Positions 38,225 to 51,422 of a stretch of 64,000 nucleotides of DNA are shown here, in pieces. Origin of the DNA: Chiloscyllium plagiosum (taxonomy: Eukaryota). The stretch covers positions 2,896,714-2,960,713 of the forward strand of contig NC_057742.1 in NCBI RefSeq assembly GCF_004010195.1, given 5' to 3'. Each line of letters opens with the position of its first letter. Positions within the stretch are counted from its first letter, which is position 1. A program made the translations under genes and the position numbers. The notes under the pieces were generated by a model. It worked only from the letters and a program-made list of their open reading frames with translations, had not been told where the DNA came from and did not search any database.

Positions 38225-38453
38225 AAACGAAAGAATTGCAGATGCTATAAATCAGAAACAAAAACACAAATTGCTGGAAGGACTCAGCAGGTCTGGCAGC
38301 ATCCGTGGAGAGAAAGCCTAGTGAATGTTTCAGGTCTAGTCAGCCTTTTTCAGAACAGTACTGAAGAAGGGTCCCTGGACCCGAAACATTAATTCTGATT
38401 TCTCTCCACAGGTGCTGCCAGACCTGCTGAGTTTTTCCAGCAATTTCTGATTT
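38225..38453. mobile_element. Fold-back PLE derivative with HHR core
   Basis: Inverted arms; CUGAAGA-A-GGGUC-CCUG-GACCC-GAAACAUU at 38361-38390. Confidence 0.8.
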
Positions 38454-40299
38454 ACAGAGCACTCTCTAGCCCCTCAAACAAGATTACAAATCCTGGAGAT
38501 CAACCTTTGACAACCCAAGGTGCCCAGCATGAACAGTAGAAACATTTTAACAAAATATTCTCCATGTTAAACCTTCTTCGGTCTTCAACAGTGAAAGAGC
38601 TGTTTCTGTACCAATTGCTCCGATTTGCTTCCACTGAGATTTTAGTAGGGAGTTTCTAAATTTAAAACACACGGTTGCTCCACCTATTAATTACATTCTG
38701 ATAAATCGTTGTGATCAGGTTAAATATTGTATCAGATCTATCTTCTGTCTGAGTGCCCACTTTGGCTGCAAGTCTCCTACCTACTGGCATTTAAGCCTCT
38801 CTATTAAAGTGACGGCAGAATCATTCCTGCAAGTCAACTTTTACTTGTTTTCTATGGGGCGGAAGCTCTCTGATAGGAAGATGATAGATCACATCCTTCA
38901 CTTATTGAAACCTCCTTACCAGATGGGAATAGGTGAGCAGGCTGTGACAGAAAGTCATGTGCTGGGAAGAGGCATCGATTCTAGCTATTAATCATGTCCC
39001 AGGACCCTTCTCAGTAATCAAAGGCCACAGCTGGAATGATATATGGCCAATGTCACCACAGAAGACCCTTAACAGGACGGTACGCTCACCATCTGATGGG
39101 TCAATGTGCAGATAAACACTAGCCACAGACACAGCAGAGTGACCAGTCTAATCCATCACCATCACCTTAATGGGTGACCGTATTAGCAAACTCCAGTTTT
39201 GGGAGGGTAATTTTAATTTTTAAACTGGATTCTTTCTGTTCAGAGACATAAATATGAAATAAACCAAATGGAAACAATTGGAAACTCAGACGCACACACA
39301 CACGTCCATCACAGCACATATATTTGCACAAAATCGCTTCCTCACCCACAACCCTCCCAGCCCCACACATTCATGTCTCAAACCCCCCTTCACTCTCCCA
39401 CAGTAAAGCATTGCTCTCTGTTACCCCTCCTCATTTGACACACAAGCAAACCCCACTTCTCTCATCTATTTTTAATCACTAAATACCGAGCTATTGCCGG
39501 GACACACTCTGCTCTGTCTGTCATTCTCTTCCTGATGATGATAACCTGCAGATGAACTCCACTTGCAGGGTTTTCAATAGCTTGTTCCGACATCCATTCA
39601 CGTCATGTCATCGGGAAAATGGGATTAATAATTCCAGGAACCGGCCCCAGCTCAATAATGCCAATATGCTTTGACAAACAGCAGCATGCCTGTCTCAGTC
39701 TCCAGGGATGCAATGTGTGTTAGAGGACTGTATGTAATATCAGTCAGGGACTCAGGTAACGTCAGTTATTAATCCCCCGCTCTAATATAGCAGCGAGGAT
39801 CAGAACAAGCTCGGACAGCCACTAGAAAATAATAACAAAGAACAGGTCGCATGAAGTGGGATGAAGTCTTCTCTTCACATGGGATTCAATATCAGTGAAG
39901 ACATGGGTTGTCCTGAATGTAACAACTGTAGTGTTTAAATACCTGTGTGCTGGGATAGTCACAGTGAGAGGCTCAGTGACTGTATCCAACCCCAGTCAGG
40001 TCTCAGCTTGGAAGTGGGAATACAGAGGGGCTGGGAGCAGAGGTGGGCAAGTGATGGGGGAGAAAGACTTGTGGGTGTCTTACAATTGGCTTCAGCTCCT
40101 TGTGCTACTGGGACTTTTTAGAAATCTCAGTGGGGGAGGAGGGTTGGTAGTGTTGACCTCCCAACTGTTAATGACTCTTTCTGTAAAGGATTGGAGGTCA
40201 GGTGATGATACCATGGGACGTAGCTAGGATGCCCTCCAAAGTTGAAATGGGCGCTCAACATTCACTGCCCCTTTGCAGGATCTGGGTGAATGGGCCGTA

Positions 40300-40843
40300 T
40301 GGATTAGCTTGGCCACTTTTGGAATATTGCGTACAACTCTGGTCTCCCTGCTATAGGAAAGACATTGAAAGGGTTCAAAAAAGATTTACAAGGATGTTTC
40401 CAGGGTTGGAGGGTTTGAGCTGCAAGAGAGGCTGAATAGGCTGGGGCTGTTTTCCCTGGAGCGTTGGAGGCTGAGGGGTGACCTTACAGAGGTTTATAAA
40501 ATCATGAGAGGCATGGATAGGGTAAATAGACAAGGCATTTTCCCTGGGGTGAGGGAGTCTAGAACTAGAGGGGCATAGGTTTAAGGTGAGACGGGGGAAG
40601 ATTTAAAAGGGCAATTTGTTCATACAGAGGGTGATGCGTGTATGGAATGACCTGCCAAGAGGAAATGGTGGAGGCTGGTACAATTACAACATTTAAAAGT
40701 CATCTGGATGGGTATATGAATCGGAAGGGTTTAGAGGGATATGGGCCATTTGCTGGCTAATAGGACCAGATTTATTTAGGATATCTGGTCGGCATGGACA
40801 AGTTGGACTGAAGGGTCTGTTTCTGTGCTGTACAGCTCTATAA
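40300..40843 (+). mobile_element. CR1 LINE ORF2 C-terminus plus tail
   Basis: PLLEYCVQLWSPCYRKDIERVQKRFTRMFPGLEGLS; aggggtgacctta..gaggtttataaaatcatg. Confidence 0.95.
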
Positions 40844-41099
40844 CTGTACCCAAAAGTCTGCCTTTGGGACAAGGGGAAGTTTTTGAGAGGGTCACATGCC
40901 CATGTGTTAGTGAACCATCAGATTGCAAGCCTGGCTCTTGTTGGTCATGGAATTACAATACAAGCTCAGATCCACCAACAAGAGTCCATATTGGTTACAC
41001 CTGCTGTCAGCTGTAGCCCAGTGGGTATTGCTTTCATCTCTTGACCAGAAGGTCATGGGTTCCAGTCCCAATCCAGAGAGTTGAGTAAACATAATCCAG

Positions 41100-41480
41100 C
41101 AGAATTTCGAAGAGTAAGAGGTTGAAACATGGAAGATCCCAAGTGGACTTGATGGGACAGATGTGGAAAGGATGTTTATTCTTGTGGGACGATCTAGGAC
41201 CAGCAGCCACAGCTGGAATACCAGGGGCTGTCCGTTTGAGAGAGGTGAAAAAAACTGTTTTCTCACAAAAGGTCCTGAGTCTTTGGAACTCTCTTCCTTA
41301 AAAGGGACTGCATGCAGAGTCTTTAAAGACTTTTAAGGCTGAGGTAGTTCAGCTATTGATCAGCAGGGTGAAAGGTTATCGGGGTAGATGGGAATGTGGA
41401 TTAATTTGCTCAGTTCTAGTTTTACTGAACAGGTTCAAGGGGCCGAATGGCCCACTCCAGATCCTAATGAGTATGGTTTA
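41100..41480 (+). mobile_element. CR1 LINE 3' fragment, degenerate
   Basis: tttctcacaaaaggtcctgagtctttggaactctcttcc...aggggccgaatggcc. Confidence 0.7.
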
Positions 41481-42689
41481 TGTGTATGGCAATTATGAGC
41501 AAGCACTGCACTGTCAGCGATGATACATTCCCGAGCAGAAATTTAACTGAGGTTCCCACATACAACATTTTGAAACTGAAGAGGGAGTTCTCCCCAGTAC
41601 CCTGGACCAATAACTCACAAAAAATATTACCTGGTCATCTTTATATTGCTTTTTGAGATCCTTGTGTTTGCAAAATTACATTTTCTACATTACAACAGTC
41701 TCTGCAGTTCAAAGAAAAACTTCATTGTTTGTAACAGAAGGCCATCATAAGGTTGTGACAGGCGATATAGAAATAAAAATCTTCCCTACAGTTATCATAA
41801 ATAAAAATGACATTTCCTCTTATTATTTTACACCATCTTGAAGGGCCTTGGTTCGTAAGTATTCCACCTTCCAAAATGCTCACTACCAGCTTTTTGAGCC
41901 CATTAGAGGCTGGAGGGAGTTAGGATTGTGCAGAGCTCACTCTCACAGTGGTGACAGGCTGCATCTGTTCTCCTCTCGTTTCCCGACACTCGATGGAGGG
42001 TCCTGGCTGGTCTGAACTACAGCCTCCCTCCTCAGCAAAATTGAGGCAACTGACCACAATGTGTGACACCACAGGCTTACATTACACACTTCTTTCTGGA
42101 GCGGGGAATTTGGAACTGCACAAGAAGCTTGATGGATAATGGCCAGGGCATCAGGTTTGCAATTCTTTCATCAAAAAATTATTGTCACTATAGTCTGGCC
42201 TTACTGGCTGAACCAGTGCAACACACCAGGATCTGTAAACACACAGCACACCCAACAGTAGTTCCAATCACCGTTTCTGTAATCTTTTACACTGGGGACA
42301 GTTTCAATTTAACTTTGACCACATTTCTGGGTCATCGAGGTGACCCTGCAATTTCAAGGGTATTCCCAAAATCAGCACAATAATTTTCTTACTGCAGCAG
42401 CACTGATCAGCACAGGTTAAAATATCATTCCGTATACAAAAATATTGAAACTTCCAAGAAACTGACTAGACTATACCAATTAAGTATATCGTAGCTACAT
42501 ATTAAACATCATTTTCAGTGATTTTCAGATCCAGTTCCTCGTCAGTGAGGAATTAGACGCTGATTTAAGAAGCTAATTTGTGGACGAAAAGCTCACTTGC
42601 AGGTGCAGTAATACAACCTTATCATGTTACCCATCTTCAATGTTAATGGAAAGAAATTAAAAGCAACATTTTGATTCCGTCGTACTATA

Positions 42690-43060
42690 TATTTGTGATG
42701 TTCCATGAAGATTTACATTTGTGTTGCAAGAACTTTCAAAGGAATATCAGACCATTTAGAAATAAAATCATAATATGGAGGACAGAATGAGATTATTAGA
42801 ATCTGTGCAATGTTACTGCATGGATGTGAAACCTGGACTTTCAGCAGGCTGATGGAAGATGAAGGCAGCGAGCAATGTGGGGTGTGGGTCAGTTGGATAA
42901 GATACATGGTCAATGAGCAAACTCTGACAAACTCAGCCAGCCAAGAACACTTATCGGGACATCCAGTCACTGAAAGGATAGCAGAACAAGGGGGAGTCAA
43001 AAGGAGGGGAAACACTGACAATTCAGGATGCCATTTACTATCACGGACCATCTTACAGGT
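42690..43060 (+). mobile_element. Ancient RTE-clade LINE remnant
   Basis: LLHGCETWT resembles the RTE LLYGCETWT motif; heavily decayed. Confidence 0.5.
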
Positions 43061-45496
43061 GTCCTGGAACTCTTCAAAATTTAGTCATGGAGCGTGGGGT
43101 CACTGGCTGGGTCAGTATTTATTGCCCATTCCTCATTGCCCCTTGAGAAGGTGGGGGTGAGCTGCCTTCTTGAACCACTGCAGTCCATGTGTTGTAAGTA
43201 GACCCACAATGCCCTTAGGGAGGGAATTCCAGGATTTCACCACAACGAGAATGTTTGATCATAACCATGTACACGTCCTCTCCGGTGTTAAACTTGTATA
43301 AACAAAGATACACATATACACAGGCGTGTCCCTGCACTGACAAACCCAAGAACCTGTATGCTCAAATGTACTCTCAGACACAAACGCACACAGAAGAGAC
43401 AGAAGTTTTCACAACATGCAAATACCTTGACACACGGGCACATGCACAAGTAAATTTTACTTTTAAAACTGTTTTTTCAAGATCAGGTAAGGCCAAGGAA
43501 GGGAACGTATTAATGAGTGGGGCACCAGGCTGTGTATTCTCACTCATTCAATACTGGAGCCACAATCCAGCAGTTAGTGCTCGTCCTGAACTGCCTGGGA
43601 TGATGGTGAGCACCCTTCCTGAACCGCAGCAGTTCCTCTGGTGTAGGAGGTGCCGTCACTGCGCTATTAAGGAGGGAGTTTCAGGATTCTGACCCAGTGA
43701 CAGTGAAGGAATGGCGATATATTCCCGAGTGAGGATGGTGAGTGGCTTGGAGAGGAACTTGCAGGGGGTGTAGCTCCCATGTATCTGATGCCCCTGTCCT
43801 TCTAGATGGAAGTGGTCATGACATGGATCACAAACAAAGTGGTACGCAGGTACAGCATGATGAAGGTGATGATACTGTTTACTGCAAGGAGAATGTTAAA
43901 AATGCCTTTGTGCCTTCCTCACAACTTATTTTCCCGCCTGGTTTAGTGTTATCAGCCAATGCGAACACATTACACTCAGTATCTTACAGAAGGAGACATT
44001 TCAGCCCATCACATTAAAACCAATTCTTGGAAACAGCTATCTCGGTTACGTTTCATCTGACTCTTACCCAGCTCTGTGCTCAGAACCCTGCAAGTTTCCT
44101 CCCTTTCAGGAGCTGTTCAGAAACAAAGCAAGTGTGTGGGGCCATTACAGTCAAACAATGCTGCTTCTCTTCCTGAACTGACCAACCTCCCAGACTCGTG
44201 CGAGCTGCAAGGAGAGCATGGTCTCAGGATACCCAATGCCTCCTGCCAAGTGCGCTTCATATTTGACGCTAATGCCAATCTCCTGGTTTTACCCCACCCC
44301 TTGCACATTGTTCCAGGCAGTCGCTGGTTGAAGATGTGTCATGAATTCTGTAGAACGTGTTTGCAAACAGAAAACCTAAAAAAGGTTGAGCATTTAACGC
44401 ATTCTTTTTCCTCAGCAGATGCCCCAAAAGTCAAAACTAAAAATGAGAATAGCAAACTATCAGGCCGTGAGCCAGCTGACTCTCACCTTAATAGCGTCAG
44501 AGATTGAGGAAGAACCTTTCGCAAAAGCCACCCTTCCCCCACTTTGAAATTTAATGACAATCTTCCCCAATTTCTGGTAGTTCTGATATCGAGCAATTGC
44601 ACAGGGCAATGGCTCCTTGCAAAAGTACTTTCTCCTGTTGCCATATCAACGCTGTAAATATATTAGTCCAATTTGTCAGAAAGGCTGTAAATTCATCCCC
44701 TTCTTCACCCTCCTCATTATTCTCATACAGTGGCTTCCTTCAGTACCTGCTATAAATTAACATTTCAACAGCCCCACTACTAAACCTAGCGCTGGGAGTG
44801 ATGCAATGATTTATGAAAATGACCCTTGAGGAGTTAATATTTTTACAGCTAAAGACATTTTGTATTAAATTATGGTTATTGTAAATTGATGCTGAAGTCA
44901 ATCATAAATATGGCTGTGTGAATGTGCAAAAGAATGTTCCTGCATTATTTTAACTCCCATTTAACCGTCTTGGAAACCGAACTTCACTTTTACCAGACAA
45001 TCCAGAGCTTTTATGTCGCATCACAGGAGACAGGAGATTCCAGAAAATGGGAAACGGACTCTCCCACGGAACAGGCTGAAGATGACAGAACCAAAAGGCT
45101 GAGAAATCCACTTTGTTTCATAAACTGGGGTGCATGTTTCCTCTGAGCATCGTGTGTACATTGGGTGCTGGTGGGAGGGATGAGCTCACAATCAGCCAGC
45201 AATCTTAATTGCCAATGGTTTTGAGTGAATAAAAAAATGATTCCTGCCACAAACCAAGATACTTCATGGGATCGTGGATTGGGGGGTGGAGGGTGGTGGT
45301 GGGGTAAGGATGGGATCAGATACTGAGCAACAGTGACCTAATTTCATAGGTATGGCAATGCATCAAAGACAATACAAACTAAGTGACAGAAAAATAGCAC
45401 AGGCTATGTTAGCTCAATGACGTCCAATTGTTTCTTCCCTCTCTCTCCAGGGAAAGGCCCTGCTCCTGGTTATAAATGCTCTGGTGCATGGAAACT

Positions 45497-45815
45497 ATGG
45501 GAGGTGGTGGCATATTGGTAACGTTATTGGGCTAGTATTGCAGCACCCCGGGACAATATTCTGGGAACATGAGTTCAAATCCTACTGTCGCAGATGGTGA
45601 AATTTGCATTCAGTAAGTCTGAAATAAAAAGTCCGCCTGGTAAAGACTATGGAGCTATAGTTGTTGGTTGTAAAGACCCCATCTGGGCTGCTAACATCCT
45701 TCAGGGAAGGAAATGTACATGATTCCAGACCCACAGCAATATAATTGCCTCTTAACCACTCTCGGGGCAACAAATGCTGGTCTAGCCGTGGACACCCACA
45801 TCTTGTGAGCAAACA
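45497..45815 (+). mobile_element. tRNA-derived SINE (family of the 5730 copy)
   Basis: gggaggtggtggc...gagttcaaatcc...gcagatggtg...agggaaggaaat...aaatgctgg...cacccacatc. Confidence 0.7.
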
Positions 45816-45877
45816 AGAAAAAATAACTACAGAATGGAGCCTGTGCCTCACTGTTCAGTGGACCGTCCCACAAATCC

Positions 45878-46225
45878 TAAAAGAGGGAGACAGGAAGAGG
45901 TAAAGATAGCGTAAGAGACTGAGTGAATGCAGAAGAGAGTGAAAGAGAGAAATAGGGACAGAGTGATAGTGCACAAGAGAAGGCGTGAGAATAGGTGAGA
46001 GAGAGAGAAAAAGAAACAGGGAGAGAGAAAAGCACAGGTAAAGAGTGGACAGGATACAAGAGAGAGAAAGGAAGATAACAAGACACAAGCGAGACACAGT
46101 TGGGATAGAGAAAGAGATAGGATGAGACACAGCAAGAGAGAGAGAGAGAGAGAGAAAACCAAGTCAGGAAGATCATGAATGAGAGAGAACATATGTTAGC
46201 AAGAGAGTGAGGGAAAACTGAAGCG
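45878..46225. repeat. Degenerate (GA)n purine-rich low-complexity tract
   Basis: ~350 bp almost entirely purine on + strand, with pure (ga)n at ~46135-46154. Confidence 0.9.
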
Positions 46226-47162
46226 AGGTCATGGACAGTACATATTTTTCATTAGCGGCTGACGTATGAAGGAGTGTTACTGGGTTTAAGATTTCAGAGA
46301 GTGTCAGATGTCTGCAGAACTATTCTTTGACAAGAGCAGGCAACATTGGGAAAGAAAGAAGACTCCGAAGCACCGAGGGGAAAGGGAATGAAAGAAGTCA
46401 AATAAAGGTGAGAAACCAGGAGGATATTTCCGGAGCCAATTTACAAGAGTGAAACATTTAGAACAAAAACGTCTTGGCATCTTATATAACCCTAGCTAAA
46501 ATTATATTGATGGAAGTCAGTAATAACAAATAGTGGGACATTAGCCACTCTCGTTCACCATATTAAAACAATCACTGGTCCTGTGAAATTTGGTATACCT
46601 TATCCTAACTTCCTTTCACCCATCACTGTCTAGCACTGACTGTGGTTCCAGTCCACCAACACCTCTATTTTAAAATTCTTATCCTGGTGTTCAAACCCCT
46701 CCCTAGTCTTACCCCTCCCTATCAGTGTAAACCTGCCCTCTTCCCAGGACCCTGTCTGGTCTCGTATCCATTCACCACTTGGTCCACTCCTCACTACCAG
46801 GCAGCTGCCTCCACATAACGTTCTTCACTGGGTCTCCCCTTCCCTTTCCACTTGCTCCTTTTTGAAGTTTCTAGTTTAAACAAACGATCCTAATGTCTCA
46901 TGGTACTGGCTATCATTCCCTTCCCATGAAGGACCCTTGGGATGTTTTAATATGTTAAAGGAGACATATAAATAAGTTACTGAAACCATGTGAACAATGC
47001 CATGCAAACATTGGCAGAATATCCTCAGATGGAATTGTGTGCTGAGGTAGGTCTGCTTCGCCATTGGTTAACCTTCCACTACACTCCATCTACCTGCCCC
47101 ATTCTCATAATTCCTCAATTCTCCTCTGAGCTAATGATATATTCAGCTTTCTGTTATACATG

Positions 47163-47413
47163 AGATTAGAGATTAGATTCCCTACAGTGTGGAAACAGGC
47201 CCTTCGGCCCAGCAAGTTCACACCGACCCTCCGAAGAGTAACCCACCCAGACCCATTTCCATCTGACTTAATGCACCTAACACTACGGGCAATTTAGCAT
47301 GACCAATTCACCTAACCTCACATCTTTGGACTGTGGGAGGAAACCGGAGCACCCGGAGGAAACCCACGCAGACACGGGGAGAATGTGCAAACTCCACACA
47401 GTCAGTTGCCTGA
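47163..47413 (-). mobile_element. HE1-type V-SINE, 5'-truncated
   Basis: agattagattccctacagtgtggaaacaggccc...ggaaacccacgcagacacggggagaatgtgcaaactccaca. Confidence 0.93.
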
Positions 47414-49293
47414 CCATCTATTGACCATCTCAGAGATAGACAATTCTGAAGCGACTATTTGAGTCACAAAACATCTCCCTATCTCATTCCTAAACCGCTA
47501 GCCCATTATTCTGCGTCTGTGCACCCAGATTCTAGATTCCTCAGTTTGAGAAACCAGTTGCTCAGCAACTCTCCTGATTAACCCCCACCTGACACAACAT
47601 GGAGAGATCACAAATATTTCAAAGAAACAACAGGAAATGTGAAGTCTGAGCTGTTGGGATAGTTGCTCCTCAGGGTTTGTTTGCTAACTTTCAGCTGCTT
47701 CACTTTGTTATGATGTTGTCCCTATGGTCCACTATACACAATTTAAACAGTTAGACAAAACATTTAATCCATGATACATTCTCTAGTAAGTAAGGCGAAA
47801 AAGTATGATTTAGTTTATACTGCCATAGTATCCAATCAAAACACATGGTTGTCTTTATCAGCAGAAGACAATAGCCAACTATTCTGTGGTCTTGCCACAA
47901 AATGTTAAAGTTAATGTGCAGCTTGTTTCTGGTTTGTGGCAGAATAAACTGGCCATTTCTTATCCAGCCGCAGAGTGTACTTTTTGATACTGAGGAAGAG
48001 GCCATCCTGAAACAGTTTGCTGTTAATTTCAGCTCAGATGTGGGGAAACTGATGAGAATTTTAATTGCTTTGTTTATAAAGTTTTATAAAGAGAAGTTGC
48101 CCACTAAAAGGTATAAATTTGTTTCTCCTCAGTTTGATTGCTCACAGGCAAGGATTATAATATGGAGGGGGGGGTGGCTTCCAATAGTTGCAGAATATAC
48201 AGCAATCTGATATGTACATTACTAGACTTCGACATGACTAGACGGAGTCTAACACCTTCTCACAGTCTGGCCAAGACAGAGAGCCATGTCCAGCATTGCC
48301 CCACAAATTAGGATCCAAAACCTGCTCAAACTCAGTGTTGAGAAAGGGAAATCGACAGGCCAATTTTCTTGGCAACTCTTTCAATGAAACATCTGGAAGC
48401 ATTCTCTGGTTGTTTGCTTCTGACCAGCTGCAGTTCTGTTCCTTGCGGTGGTCTCTCATCAACCTGGCCAGCTAATAGTCTGGAGACGTACACAGTTTGA
48501 ACAGAAGCCAATATCGCTTTGTGTTGGCTCAAGCTGTGCAGCATAACTTCTCTCTTATCGTTCATTTAACAGAAGAAAGAGCTATGCTCAGAAATATCTC
48601 CTGGCCTGCAATCTGCTCGATCTCTCCAGGAAAGGGTCTCATTCTACTGGCAAGGTCAGGATGAAGGTGAGTAATTTTCATCAGCTATGGCAGCCCAGGC
48701 AAAGTCCTCCAAGGGATGGTAAAGCTCTCCAAGAGAGCAATCTTCCACCCTTACCTATACTCGGCAATACATGAGTCTAATCCCTATGACAGATTTTGAA
48801 ATGAATATTTAGTTTAGTGTAAGGATTCAGAGTCAGAAGGTGAAGGTTCACACCCAACTCCAGACAGCGAGCCCCAGCAAAATCTGGTTGGCATCCAATG
48901 GATTATCCACCCCCAGTGGGTGATGGGTGACTTGTCTTTCTGTGTGTTGTAGGAAACCAGATAAACTTCCCACTACCCAGAGCAAACCCCTCCCCACATT
49001 CTGCGATAAAGTGAATTGTGACCATGCCCAGGAGTGTTCATGTCTTCACAGTGTTAATCAGTTTGAGAATACTTCCCTGACTGTACACTGTTCTCCAAGG
49101 TAGGAACATGAAACAACAGAAAGAATCAAACTGCCTTGAAAACAAAAGGAAAGGTCAGGAGAAACTTGTGGGTCTGGCAGCATCTGTGGAGAGAGAAACA
49201 GAGGTAACGTTCCCTGGAGCGTCGGAGCTGAGGGGTGACCTTATAGAGGTTTATAAAATCATGAGGGGCATGGATAGGGTAAATAGACAAAAA

Positions 49294-49512
49294 GGAGAAA
49301 GTGAGGTCTGCAGATGCTGGAGATCAAAGTTGAAACTTTATTGCTGGAACAGCATAGCAGGTCAGGCAGCATCCAGGGAACAGGAGATTCGACGTTTCGG
49401 GCACAGGCCGAAGAAGGGTTCCTGAAGAAGGGCCTGTGCCCGAAACGTCGAATCTCCTGTTCCCTGGATGCTGCCTGACCTGCTGTGCTGTTCCAGCAAT
49501 AAAGTTTCAACC
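49294..49512. mobile_element. Young fold-back PLE derivative
   Basis: 14-bp TSD taaatagacaaaaa at 49280-49293 and 49513-49526; ~80-bp near-perfect inverted arms 49329-49409 / 49431-49511. Confidence 0.92.
49416..49455 (+). ncRNA. Minimal type-I hammerhead ribozyme motif, intact canonical core
   Basis: GGGUUC-CUGAAGA-A-GGGC-CUGU-GCCC-GAAA-CGUC-GAAUCU: 6-bp stem I (two G-U pairs), 4-bp stem II, GUC triplet. Confidence 0.82.
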
Positions 49513-50524
49513 TAAATAGACAAAAATCTCTTCCCTGGGATGGGGGCATAGGTTTAGGGTGAGAGGGGAAAGATATAAAAGAGACCTAAGGGACAACGTT
49601 TTCCACGCAGAGGGTGGAACGTGTATGGACTGAGCTGCCGGAGTAAGTGGGGGAGGCTGGTACAATTGCAACATTTAAGAGGCCTTTGGGTGGGTATATG
49701 AATAGGAAGGGTTTGGAGGGATATAGGCTGGGTGCTGGCAGGTGGGACTAGATTGGGTTGGGATATCTAGTCGGCATGGACAGGTTGGACCGAAGGGTCT
49801 GTTTCTATGCTGTACATCTCTATGACTCTTTGGCTGTAAAACAGGCATCTGATACCAGCTACTGTGAACATGCCCCATCTCCAACTGAAAACAGAACCAA
49901 ATTAGCTGCTAATCATGGCAACAAATTAAAGAACTATAAACTACTTTTGAAGCTAAAAGGGGATGCTGTAATGGAGGAAGAATACAGACAACACCAGGGA
50001 ACAGTAGCTTATAGATCATACACATCCATTGTCTGCATTCACACTATTCAAGGTCATTGTATGCACCACTGGATAACGGCAGCTACAACACAAATGGTTT
50101 ATTTTCTATGACCTGTGCTCCCTGTTGTGTGCTTTATATATAGCTTGAGCAGCAGGTAATTCAGCAGTATTTGTTTCCAACGATGACAGTATTTTTCACT
50201 CCCAGTTCGACAAGGAAGCACCTTCTCCCACTGCTTCCTGTACGTGTGGCTGATTAATGTCACTACGTTTCGTGCCCTCTTCTGTCATAAGCCGTGTGTC
50301 ACAATTAGGACTATTGATCCGAAAGCCAGCTCAAGGGAAAGACCGAATCACTCCTTAACCCCAAGCAGACTGCAGTATAACTGAACGTTGCACTCTGTTG
50401 GAATATCAATATGGAGCAACATGTCAAACAAAGAATGAGTTGCACTTCCACATTGCCGCTCTGGATATCCCAACAAGTTTCCCAGATAATGAAGTATGTT
50501 TTATCACTTGGTCACTCTTGTAAT

Positions 50525-50828
50525 GTAGAGTCGATAAAGTGTGTTACTGGAAAAAACACAGCAGGTCAGGCAGCATCTGAGAAGCAACAGTTGATTTTTC
50601 AAGCTTTATTGTAGCTGCTATTATCTATTGGTGCTTACAGTGGCCTTGAACAGTGTGAATGCAGACATGTATGATCTATAAGCTACTGCTCCCTGGTGTG
50701 ATCTGTAAACTTCCTCCATTACACCATTAAGATGAAACGTCGACTCTTTTGCTCCTCAAGTGCTGCCTGACCTGCTGCACCACACTTTATCGACTCGGAC
50801 TCTCCAGCATCTGCAGTCCTCACTATCC
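50525..50828. mobile_element. PLE-derived inverted ends flanking ~140 bp of unrelated sequence
   Basis: gagtcgataaagtgtg...gcaggtcaggcagca / gaaacgtcgactc...tgctgcctgacctgc...cacactttatcgactc. Confidence 0.7.
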
Positions 50829-51275
50829 ACTGTTGTAATGTAGGAAACACTGAGGCCAACTTGAGTACAGCAAGTTCCCACTTCAACAATATTGATAACA
50901 ACCAACCAATCTGTTATAGCGCTGCTGATTGAGCCTATATAACCAGGAGAAAAACCCTCCTCAACACATGGCACAGGATCTTCTGTGTCCATTTGAGGAG
51001 ACAAATGGAGCTGGTCTCTCAAACGACTGCACTGTAACCAGTATGGTGCTCCCTCAGCGCTGGCTGCAGGGTGATCCGTCTGGTGCAGGAGTTGAACACA
51101 CAGCCCTCTAGCTCAGATGAGCTGGGACGAGAGGAATTTCTCATTCCCACAAGCGCCAGGCACTGGGATCTTCATCCACAGCCATGTGGAGAGGTGACAA
51201 TATTGGTGCCTGGGAAATTGGGTTGGTGGCACTCAAACCGACTGACAGTGCAGCCTGCAGACTCTCCGTGAGAAA

Positions 51276-51422
51276 TGATGTGGAGATTCTGGTGTTGGAC
51301 TGGGGCGGACAAAGTCAAAAATCACACAATACCAGGTTATAGTCCAACAGATTTATTTGAAATCACAAGCTTTCAGAGCATCGCTGTTGGACGATAACCT
51401 GGTGTCGTGTGACTTTTGGCTT
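51276..51422. mobile_element. Fold-back PLE derivative (family C)
   Basis: TSD tctccgtga(g/a)aaa at 51263-51275 and 51423-51435; inverted arms. Confidence 0.8.

Larger units (their letters stand above)
49215..49830 (+). mobile_element. CR1 LINE 3' fragment interrupted by a fold-back PLE derivative
   Basis: LRGDLIEVYKIMRGMDRVNRQ, resuming after 49513. Confidence 0.9.

Noticed and set aside
45848-46192. Hydrophobic Leu/Ser/Phe-rich ORFs suggesting a membrane protein
   Set aside because: Translation of a (CT)n low-complexity tract.
48238-48565. Exon-like - strand ORFs
   Set aside because: No recognisable homology or convincing splice sites.
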